Positions 1-12,400 of a stretch of 64,000 bases of DNA are shown piece after piece (the stretch's first letter is position 1; each line of letters starts with the position of its first letter). The stretch is from the NCBI RefSeq assembly GCF_006345805.1, contig NC_042999.1, forward strand, positions 101,680,001 through 101,744,000, read 5' to 3'. A model generated the notes under the pieces. The model saw only the letters and a list, made by a program, of their open reading frames with translations. It was not told where the DNA came from and searched no databases. The translations under genes and the position numbers were made by a program. The stretch is from Octopus sinensis (lineage: Eukaryota).

Positions 1-366
1 ATTATCTGCTATTCACCCTCTTGGTCATACTGCACTGAGTGAAGAGATACAGCATTAAGTAGTGAGGACCTTTCACTCTTACAGGGTAGAAGGCACCACC
101 AGCAGTGTTGGTGCCATGTTAAAAATGCACCTAGTACAATCTGTAAAGTGGTTGGTGATAGGACGGGCATCTAACTGTAGAAACCAAGTCCAAAAAGTAA
201 CGTGCAAATAAGATATGGTTTTCCATTGCATCTAATTGGGAAGTAACTACAAATAAAAATTGACTTGGACCACAATAAATTGTCTCTGTAACAAATCAAA
301 GTTTAATGTTTTCATTCCGTTGCTGGCTGACTTACCTTAACATTTCTTTCCTTTGGTCTCTTTTAG

Positions 367-481
367 GTTGCTTATGGAACCCTCACCGAGAACTTCTGTG
401 CATCCTCAGTCGAGAACAAATTCGTTTTTTCTACAGACATGGGAAAATTCGTGGTGTATACTCCATTCCACCTTTAGAGAG
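367..481 (+). CDS. WDCP: WDCP exon (first visible): (G)CLWNPHRELLCILSREQIRFFYRHGKIRGVYSIPPLE
   Basis: ttttag acceptor after a pyrimidine tract; AG|gtaaat donor; phase 1 to 2. Confidence 0.88.
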
Positions 482-3400
482 GTAAATACATTTTAAATCA
501 TGGTTTTTGTACTGTTGTAGTTCCAAACTGACTCCTCACTTTGTTCCAATTCTTCTAGTACAGTCATATCAAAGCACTCTCTCATTCAACTATCTATCTA
601 CTTAATTGCCCATATACCTATCTATCTTTTCATCTACTCATCTATCTATCTATCCATGTTAGTGTTACAGATGCTATCTATCCTGAGTCAAAGACATTCT
701 AACTCTGGCCATCCCATCTTTTTTCCAGCCATAATGCATGTAGGACTACATTATTCTATGTCTTTATCTTTTTGGATAGTAGGGTTGAGAGTTGAAAGAA
801 TCTAGCTGTTATTTCTAGTAAGTTGAGCAACCAAATGGATCTCTATTGAATTGTTGTAGTTGTTAAGGACGATGTACAGTTTTTCAAAATTACTGATTTT
901 TCTTCAATCTCTTTTAACAGTGGCAAAATCAGTTGTGGTGCCTGGTCTGAAGATGGCTTAAAGCTAGTTGTTTGCGTTGGTTCTGCTATTTTGGTAAGTC
1001 TATGTTTCTAACTACCTATCTTGTTCAAATTTTTACATATAATATTATCTAGTTCATTTTCATTGCCAGATCTGTACTATGTTATCTGTGTTGTTTGCAA
1101 AAACATTTAATTCTTAATGACTCATTTTACCTAATCATTAATTAATAGAACTTACTTTAGCAAACACTGCTGTAACGTTGTGCAGTGCAACTGAGGAATT
1201 TCTTCCACTCCATCAATCTTTTTAGATGAAAACATTTTTTTTTGTCTTTGGTCAGTAAATGTTATTTCCTATTTGACTTCTATTCCCTTCAAACTTTGCT
1301 TTTATAACCTGGGCATCAATGTTTTGAAACTGACCTATTTTCCATTATATTTCAGACAGATTCAGCACTAAGTTGCTGAAACAGAAATATTGTTATAGAA
1401 AATATTCCACTCAATACTACAATACCACGAATTTGCTTTGTTAGTTGCTTAACCTTAACAACTTGAGCATGTCCCTTAGTAGCTGGCAATATGTGCATCT
1501 CTGATCATAAGTAGGAGTAGTGAAGGAGCATCATAGTCATGTATTGAGAGGGATTCTTTGGGGTTTGAATAAATGTAACAAAAGCAAAGTCTGAAAGAAA
1601 TATTAGCCATTTTTCATACTTTCTAGGGGTAAGCAAATAGGAAATAACAGTTGCTGCCCAAAAACAAAAATCATGTTACACAGTGCAATGAATGGTAGGG
1701 ATGCATGCATGGCTGTCTGGTTAAGGAGCTCACTTTGTAACCACATTGTTTCTGGTTCAGCGAGGATCTTCTATTAAAGCTTTGGACCAATGAATGCCTT
1801 GTGAATGAATTTGGTTGACAGAAATGTTGTGGAAGCCAGATGTATTTATGCATGTGTGTTTTTGTGTTTGTCTTCCACCACTGTTTTGGCAATCAATATT
1901 GGTTTGTTTAAGTCCCTGTGACTTAGCAGTTCGGCAAAAGAGATAAATAAAATAAGTATCAAACCTAAAAATAAGTACTGGGCTCAATTTGTTCAACTAA
2001 ACCCAAAATGGTACCCCAGCATGGCTACAATCCAATGACTGAAACAAGTAAAAGATAAAAGACAAAATAAGTCTGTTATTGTAAAGCCCTGGCTTTGCTA
2101 AAAATTTCACTTCCATTTATATTTCTCTTTGAAAATCTATATATAAACAAATTTTCAACTATATACCATGTCCATTTTCACATTCTCTATTGCTTGCTTT
2201 CTCTCAGCAACACAAGAATTCTTAACCCAACTTCCTTCTAGATCCATCCTCTCTTAGTAGGTTCCACTGACTATGTATTGTTCCTGTGAATTATGATTAT
2301 GTAATGGGAATGACATTATATGAACCATTCTCTAAAAATTGATGATCAGTGGCTCTGAAAAAAAAAAGTGAGATAAAAGTAGTTTTTACTATATTCAGCA
2401 AGCAAAATATAATGTCCTGAAGTGTTTTGTTTACATTTAGCCTATCTTCATGACTAATATTTTTATAGTGATGGTTGTCTTATTTATTCATTCTTTGAAA
2501 ACGTCTTAATCTTGAAATTCAAGTCAGAAGTTTCAAACCAGTCACTGTGTTTAAACAAAAACAAAAGCAGGTTAATTTACACACACACATAAAATTTCAA
2601 GAACAAAAAAAAGACAGTCAGGGTAAATAATTTCATACTGTAAAGAAGAAACAAAGGATAATTTAATAGTTTGGGTGATGTTCTTTGTTAAGAAAAAGGA
2701 GAAAAGAAACAAATGTTCTGTAATGTTTCTACAATGGACATGGCTTTTTTTTTTTTGTTTGTTTTTAACAAAGGGCACATTCTAAAGTGTAGAACTATAC
2801 TCTTTTTTTTTTTTTTTTTTTTTTTTTTCCTTACAACATATTAATTACTTTGTACACCTGTCTTGTTTTTGTTGTAGTTTCTGAAATCTTTTTGACTGTC
2901 ATTATCACTCTGATACAAATTATATCTCTAGGCTTCTTGGGCAAGTGCCTTCTACAAAAGCCTTGGGACTGACCAAAGCCTTTTGAGTGGATTTGGTAGA
3001 CAGAAACTGAAAGAAGCTTGTCGTGTGTGTGTGTGTGTTTGTTTGTCTCCCACAACTGCTTGGCAACCAGTGTTAGTGTGTTTACATCCCCATAACTTAG
3101 TAGTTCTGCAAAAGAGAATGATAGCATAAGTACCGGGGTCAGTCATTTGAATGAAAGTTCAAGGCAATGCCCCAGCATGGCCACAGTCTAATGCTTGAAA
3201 CAAGCAAAAGAAAAAAAAATACATTCTTAATCTGTTTTTGAAGTAAAGATAGAATTTTTTTTTATATGTACCTTTATTATGATAGAATTGTTCTGATAAA
3301 GAGAATTAACAACACTTTGCTCTATTAGTATAGAAAATATCATTGAAAATACAATGTTAAATTCATCTTAAGAATGGATTGATGTAGTCACTTTCTTGCT

Positions 3401-6400
3401 ATTATTCTTTATTTGTTTATTTTTCAGATCTACAACTGGAGGTCAATAGATGGTGTTATTAGTGAATTTGACACAAATGTATGGAAAATTCCAGAGTAAG
3501 TATTTTAAAGTGTAGAGAGGGTAGGAAGAGGGAGATGCAGTGAGGATGTTGAGAAGGGAGGAAGCTGGTACATCAGATGACCAGTGTTAGAAGTGGGACA
3601 TGGCTTATTAGGCATGGCAGGTCACTTTGCAACCATGTGGTTTTTGGGTTCAATCCTACTGAGTGGCACTTGGGGCAACTCTCTTCTGTTATTGCTTCAG
3701 TCTGACCAGTACCTTAGTGAATTTGATGAACAGAGACTGTGTGGAAGCCCATTATTTATGCACATATATACACACACACATATACATATATATAAAAAAT
3801 TTACCCATCGCACCCTGCATATGTATGTGTGTGTGTGTGTGTGATGAACTTCATACACTTCTCTTCACATGCACTCATGAGGTAATACATAATATAGTGG
3901 GGCTGGACTCAAAACCATATGACTGAGCAGCCAGCTTCTTAACAAATGTGTGTGTGTGCACATTGCACACATGACCTTTGCAGTCTCTTCAAGTCCTTTG
4001 AGACCAATGCAGTACATTTTCCTCTTTTACAATTGATAACAATGATGCATTCCCATGTGTCAGGCCTCTGGGTTGGGAAAGAAGTTAGTGTGCGTCTGAT
4101 GGTGATACAAGGTGGGTAACAAGAGTAGAAGAAATGGATGTGTTAAATTAGCTTGAGTTGGAAATGGTAGATAATCACCTAGCTCTGAAGAGCAGGGGCC
4201 ATTGTGTTAGTGAGAGAAAAAGCAGAGTGAAAGACAACAGAGTGGGTCTGTTGGTTGAAGTGTATTGGTGACTCCATGCCAGTCTGTTAGATGAGTCCCT
4301 TTGGGATGCAGTGTAGAATGTATATTCACTGTGTGTAGCTGTAGCACCATAGCAGTTGTGGGAGCATTATATTATTGTAGATGTGGTTCTCACTTGAACT
4401 GTGTAGAGGGTTATTAACAATTGGTGTAGGTATAGCTCTTCAGCCTGCTCCCCAACCACGTGGTTTCAAGTTCAGTTCTATAGTGTCACCCCTTGTGCAA
4501 GTGTCTTCTACTATAGGTCTGGGCCAACCAAAACCTTATGAGTGGATTTGATTTGAGAGAGGGAAAGTGAAAGAAGCCCATCATGTGTGTATATGTGTGT
4601 GTGTGTTTGTCCCTTTGTCTTGACATCATGTGATCATTGAAAATGAATGTCATTCATTTCCAATATTCTGCAAAAACGTGTGGTCATGGGGAAATCTAAC
4701 TGTAGAAAATTTACCTCAATCAATATCATCCAACCCATGTAAGCATGGAAAAGTAGGCATTAAAACGATGATGATGATTATGGATTGAGGAACTATACTT
4801 TACTAATCTCTTGATTTTATGTCTTGGTATAAATTACGTAGCAATATCAATATTCCTGAGACAGTAATAAAACTTTATTCTTTAGAATATTTCAGCATTA
4901 CAAAAGCTTTTATTGCCAAACCTGTTTTTAAATTGCCCTCTGTTGTGTAAGCACTCTGTAGAATTTCATGGACGAGAAAGAAAACTTTTGTAAAGAAGTT
5001 GTATAATACGTTTTATTGATCTATGTCAGTTTTCAATGGTAACCTAAAGTTTACATATCTAGCAACATATTTGTCTTACAATATTTACTGCCAAGCAATC
5101 TTTTGTTACGGATACCTGTATGCACTGTATTATTCCAACTGGTCTCTGGACACTCTTGTACAGCCAAGATTGCCAACAAAAGAAGACCCAGTTATATATT
5201 CTATGCGTAAATGTCAAACAAGAATGAGTGCTCAACACCGCATTGGTGGATAAAATTTCTTTATTTGTGTATTAAGGCTACCATTGGTTTCATGATAAAA
5301 ACATCTTAATATATATATATATATAGATATATATTTATAACATTTTTTAAAATTATTCAAAAAACAGAATGTCATAAGCTTTAGGGAAACATTAGTGTGT
5401 GTTTTGTGAGTAAGCACTTTCATTGTTCGACTTTAGAAACACACATGGAAAATTGATCAGTGAATTTGCATACACACAAAATATACACTGTATGCAGGCT
5501 TCTTTCCCAAAGGTTTGTGACATTCTGAATAACTTTGATACAATTATTGTCGATTTGAGACTAAACAACACCCTCTCCTTTTCAAGTACTTGCTTATGCT
5601 AATAAAATAATCCTCATTTGTACTGAATAATGCCCCAGGATTGCTTGCAGCTGTACTATTGTATCTTTTTACAGCTAAGCAGTTAACTGAGTCATTAAGC
5701 ATTATATATATCTATAGAATATCTCAGCTTGTCTAATTTAAATTCAAAATATTAAATGCAAAATTTATTTCCCTTTATGAATCACGATTTCTAACCTGGG
5801 ACATTTTCATTTCAAGACATTTTTGAAAGTCAGATCTATAAAGTAAATATTTATTAACAGTGTTATTTTACATTGCACATCCTAACTTCTGTAATACCTC
5901 CCTCTTTGGGAGCTAGTTAAACTGATTCCCAAAATCTGCATTTTTTTAAAAGGAAGTAAAAAATTTGAAAATCAGCTATATTAATGTAGTTTTCTACTCT
6001 TATTGCTATGAAGGCATGATGTGGATAAAAAAATTGGAGGAAAAAGTTACAGAGGTTTAAAAATTTTTTAAAAAACTATTTTTAGCCAATAGCAAGACAG
6101 AAATTTTCTGTGTTTAGCGGTGTCAGCTTTAAGGTTGTACCCTGTGAAATTTATAGTTTAGCGTCTGTGAAGTGACCTGTTCATTGTAGGTTTCTAAATA
6201 AGCAGAAATACCTAATAAAATCAACATGTATTATCTTACTGTTTCTTTTGTCTCTTCATTGATTTCTATAGTGTTTTATATGTTTTTATTTTTTTAATTT
6301 GTTATATTAATATATTTGTCTGCATGTGTTTACTTTATGCTATTTCAGTATTAAGTATATGTGTCATGTATTTGTGTACATCATTAATATATAAGTGCAT

Positions 6401-6443
6401 GTATGAATTCATATATAAGTTTATATGTACACTTATGCATTCA

Positions 6444-6474
<31 letters not shown>

Positions 6475-9400
6475 AGGGGACGTCTGTCTCCAAAATTCCA
6501 AAGTTGAGTAATGTTTTCATGCTTGGATTTGTAAACTAGGATAAGAATAACATTGGTCAACGAAGAATTTGTCCCAAGAAAAAGAATACCTGTATCATAT
6601 ATGTTTTTGCATACAGAGTTCAAAAATAATGTCAAATTATCTGTATCACCCACAGTTTTTCTGTTCCACAATATCTCTCTCAGTTCCTGTTACATGGGCT
6701 AAATTTCAGTTAGGCTGTTGAAATGTGAAGCTAACGGTCTAAGAAATTCTCCTAATTTAAATGTTTATGAACAGAATTAACCTAGTGAAATCATAAATCC
6801 AGCTATCTGAGTCAATGAGTCCTTGAAGCTTGGCAATACTGAGTCGATGAGTCACCGATGCTTTGTCAGTACTGTGCTTGAAGTGTAGATGTGCAGTTGT
6901 ATACTAAGTTCACATATTCCATTCACCTTCATAATGCCAAAAAACTGTATAAACATTGCAAACAACTTTTGCTATATTTGTGGTGACTTAAAACTCAAGT
7001 CACAAAGACAGCATTTCACGCTATTGATTAAAAAGTGCCATGTGCATTATTTTGATTGCAAAGTGGGTGACCAGGATAAAAGCTGGGCCAGTTGAAATGA
7101 ATCTTGTGGTGTGAAGAATCAACACAGAACAACATGTGGCACAGACGCAGATGAAGTGAAACACAACGCAGCATGCGGTTGTCATGGTAACAAGCTGTTA
7201 ATGCCTTGCTGTCTGTTGATTGGCTAAAATTACCCAAATTTCCTAACTTTAATGCCAAATAACACCAGATTCTTTAATCTACGAGATAAAGTAATTGGTT
7301 GATCGTAATCAAAATTCAGAGTTGCATCACTACACCAAAATTGAAAGCAATCTGAGCAAAATTAAAGGGGGCTGATTTTGTGAATCAGTTTAACTAGATC
7401 CTCTCTTTGCTTCAGGAAATGTGATTATTTTTTGTTAAAGGTTACTGACAGATTTTATACCTTTTTAAAATTTTTTTGTTTTTACTTTTTGGCAGTGCAT
7501 ATTAGAATTTAGAGTATTGAAGATAGCCAAGATGATTAACTACCTTGCCTTGGAAGCCTTTTATTATAGTAGTATAAGTAAATAAGTAGCAAGTATTGCT
7601 GGAATTGACTCACTGTACCTTTCAAAATGCCTAATCAAAAATTATTAGTATTAGTATTTATTTGACTTTTAGCTAATAAGGTTTCCAATGTGTATTTCTA
7701 ACCCTCTCAGTGGCAATCCACCTATGCTGCTCATGGCATCCACCAGAGACCATATTAAAGTGATTATACTTAGATTAAAATCAATATTGAAATTTCATTA
7801 TTGCTGGAATGAAAACATAAGATTTCCATCAGTAAATACATTAGTCTAATTAAGTCATGCTCCACTAAATAAGTTACATTTATTTTACTACATTGCTTCT
7901 AACTTTTGATTGCTTTGAAAATAAATTAATATACATGAAACATATCTTATGTGTTTCATATATATCAATTTATTCATGTTAGAAATATAGCTGTTCGATT
8001 CACTTCAACATTTAAGTTTAATTTGTCAAAATATTTTCATCGCTTTAAGACCGCGACCTGTTCACTGACAAAAATTCGTGCTGCACGGATTTTTGTCAGT
8101 GAACAGGTCGCTGTCTTAAAGCAACGAAAATATTTTGACAAATTAAACTTAAATGTTGAAGTGAATCGAATGACTTTTGTGTGTTTCTTAAATGGCTTAC
8201 AAACACCTTCTACGCTGCAATTGTTTTCGTTTCAGCACACAATCTCAGATCAAATCACTTGCTATGCAAGTACATCTCCATGAAGAAATATAGCAGTAAA
8301 AAATCGAAGTGACTTCACAATAACGACTAGAATTTGTTGGCTAAAATCTATTGTCTACAATGTCAAAACCTTAATGTTAATCCCACATTATTTGCTCAAA
8401 TCATGTTATGTCTTAATTGTATTCTCTTTTAATATTTGCTTCTAGACTGAAAAGCACTGTAACTGCCATAACATCTATGCAAGAAAACCTATTTGCTTGT
8501 GCTGCTGAAGTGCCATTAGAATCTCTCTGTAAAACAAAAGACATGTTTGTGGTTCCAGGTAAGTATTTTACATTATAAGCCATCATGATTCTCATTATCA
8601 ATCTAATATACAATTTTCCTCACTAACATGACCTAGGCAGATTTTCAAGGTCCTTCATCTGTCATAAACTGAACCTGACTTTGTAAACTACATTACTTTA
8701 TTTTAATTACAGGATGGGAGCACTAAGCAGTGATGTGTATAACTGCAATGTTATTACCAATTCAAATATGCTAATAGCACATTCAAACTTATAAACAAGC
8801 CATTCACTGCCATGGAGAAAATTTCTCACTGTAAACAAATGGTATAAATACACCTAAATCAGCTCACGGCACCATCTATCAAGATTGTGAAATGCGAACA
8901 TTTCAGACAGGTTATCTCCTCTTGAGTCACAGAAACTGGATGGAGGTGCTGCAAGCTGATAAGAGAGACAATCTCTCTTATGCTATTCCAATAATCATGT
9001 CAGCTGGTGTATTTACACCATTTGTCTACAGGGAGAAGTTTTCTCCATGACAAAACACAGTGAATAGCTTGTTTATGAGTTCGAATGTGCCACAGGCATA
9101 TTTGAACTGATAATAACATTGCACTTTATTTTAAGTATACTATCAACTAAGAGCACATTTTTGCTCACAAATACACAAACACACATTGTCCAGTTACAGG
9201 ACATAAAATTCCCAACTCAGTTGTCTCTCTTCTATAATACCTAGGTCATTCATTCATTGTCTCAGTTTATATGATACTAGCAGTATCGCCTGGCGTTGCT
9301 CGGGTTTGTAAGGGAAATAACTATATAAGCATTTTTAGAGAGTTACTTCCCTTATATAATAGCAAAAAATGCATTAAAAATGGGAAAAAATTGTGGTAAT

Positions 9401-12400
9401 TTTTTTTTTAAATTGTAGACTCATCGTAGATGCGCGCTAATACCCAGAAGGGCTCGATATGAATCACGACTATAAGATACCCGCTTTTGGTTAAACGGCA
9501 CCGCAAAATGTGGGAGTAGTTAGGAATCTAAATCATAGGAGACAGACACACAACTTCACTTTTATATATAAAGATTTCTCAAATTCACATTACAAAACAT
9601 TAATTTTGCACAACTAGCTATATTCTCAATTTCATATTTCTGTCATTAATGTGTTTGGATATTTGAAGTGGTTTTATAATACTCTCCTATAACTACATCA
9701 ATTTGAGTAAATATTGATTTCTAACATAGGCACAATGTCACAAATTTTAGAGAATGATGGGTATAGTTGATTAAATTGACCCACTTACATGCCTAGTATT
9801 GTGTCATGATTTACAATGATATAGCTCAGAATTCTTCTTAACTGAGGAGTTATTATAAACACTGTCAGACATTCCTATAATTGCTGTTCTCTATAAAGAC
9901 ACAGCAGACTATGAACATTATGGCTGTGAACTTAGGATGTTGAGTTATTGACCAAATACTTATGTATTCAAACCTTACAAGTGTTATTGTTTTAGATAGG
10001 AACTTATTTCCTTTATTAGGCTAGTGTACCAGACTAAATAAAAGAAAAAAATGAAAGAAGAGAAAACAGAATCCACTCCTATTTAGCTGTTTTATTCAGA
10101 AGCCAGGCAGCACTCGTGACCTTTGTGACTTCTTGGCTGGGGTGGAGTTCACACTTTGTGCTACATCTTCATGGGTCAAGGCACAAAGAGTGAACTGCAC
10201 AAAAAGTATCCCATTGTCAGGTGTTGATTTGAAAAGGGATCACCTTTTCAAAGTCTGCTATGTCTGGTATCTAGCTATGAAATCAATGGCTTCAACTGGT
10301 ACATATCATCCCATGCAAGCAAAAAATGGGGATGGAGTGGGGATAGATGTCAACTTGTGGCCTGATCTAATAACAACACTTGATTTTCTGATAAATTCAA
10401 TAATTATTTGAAGATATACTTTTAATTTTATGGACTTCAAAGTTTTGCTAGTCATCAGCAGACTGCCTAAAGATAAAAAGTATCAAATTTGTATTCAAAT
10501 CAATCTTTAAACAATATTCAACAGACATTGAACTTTAAAAATGTGTCTTTATTCTTTTAGCCCTTATATTTTCTGAAATATTTCATCTGGAGATTTTAAG
10601 AGCCAAAAAAGAGTGTGACACTCTTGGGCAAGTGTCTTCTAAAGCCCCAGGCCAACCAAAGCCTTATGAATGGATTTGATAGATGGAAACTGAAAAAAGC
10701 TCATTGTGTGTGTGTGTGTGTGTGTGTATGTATATATGTATATATATGTATGTGTGTGTGTGTGTGTGTGCGTTTGTCCCCCACCATTGCTTGACAACTT
10801 GTATTAGTTTGTTTCCATCCTTGTGATTTAGTGGTTCAGCAAAAGCAACTTACAGTATAAGTACCAGTCTTATAAAAATAGTAATGGGGTCTAGTTGTTC
10901 AACTAAAAACCTTTCAAGGTGGTACCACAGCATGGCTGCAGTCCAATAACTGAAACTTAAAAAATAAAGATTTACTATTGATATAAAAACATCACATACT
11001 TTAAGTAATAAATGGCACCCTAACAATTACGATGATGAGGGTTTCAGTTGAAATTAACGTACAAGTGGCTGAGTACTCCACAGACATGCACACTCTTAAT
11101 GTAGTTCACAGAGTGACTCAGTATGACACAGAATGTGACAAGGCCAGCCCTTTGAATTGCAGGTACAACCCATATTTGCTAGCTGAGTGGATTGGAGCAA
11201 CATGAAATAAAGTGTCTTGCTCAAGGTTGCAACACACCACCAGGTATTGAACTCACAACCTTGTGATCATAAGCTGATTATCCTAACCACTAATCTATGC
11301 TCAGATAAAAAAAAAAAAAAAGAGATGTAATATTAAGCTGTCAAGTGCAAGGGAGTTAACAAATATTGTCTTGATATCTCTAAGCATAGAAGATGAGAAA
11401 CATCTGAAAAATGAAATAAATGAAATGTCTAAAGAAGTAGCAGATATTAAAATAATAATTTCTGTAGCTAGATTTTCAACTACTTCATTACATGAACTGT
11501 GATCATTGTCAAATTGAAGAAATTGAATTTTATTATAAGAACTATCATTAACTTCATCTATTTGTGATAGATTTTGTTTTATATTGTATCACTCTTAAAA
11601 AAGAATTATTATATCTGAGTCTGACTCCAAAACTATTGCTTATTGCATTTGTGTTATCGAAATAAACTTGTAAAGTTGGATGCTCTTATTATACCATGGA
11701 ACAGGAATGATGTAGATATCAGTTACTCTGTCTCTTACACACACAAGTACACGCACACACACACACAAACACACACCTTTTATCTTTTTCAGTCATTAGA
11801 CTGCAGCCATGCCTTGAAAGGTTTTAGCTAAATAAATCAACTCCAGTACTTTTTCTGTTATGCCTGGTATTTATTCTAACCATCTCTTGCCAAACTGCTA
11901 AGTTGCAGGAATGTAAACACACCAACACCAGCTGTCAAGCTGTGGTGGGAGACAAACACAGACACAAAGATATATACACACACACACACACACACGATGG
12001 GCTTCTTTCAGTTTCCATCGATCAAATCCACTCACAAGACTTTGGTCGACCCTAGGGTATAGTGGGACTGAACCCCAAACTATGTGGTTCTCTCTCTCAT
12101 CATCATTTAACATCCCCTTTTCCATGCTGGCATGGGTTGAATGGTTTGACAAGAACAGATGAGCCAGAGGGCTCCACCAAGTTCTATATCTGCTTTGATG
12201 ATAATGATTTAATATATATACTAAACTACCTATGACCCAATAGTTCAAGGTACCCGTGGTCCGATTCACGCAAAACTTGTTTTATTCCATTTGTATTCAT
12301 ATTTCAATGATACCTTGTGTTCACAGTAAAGGGCAATAACTCCAGGTTTCACTGCTTAAATTTGTGGAAACAACCTCCCACCCTCACCCCCAAAATGCCT

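Noticed and set aside
7951-8283. 110-aa ORF across the hairpin
   Set aside because: It is a by-product of the palindrome and has no protein features.
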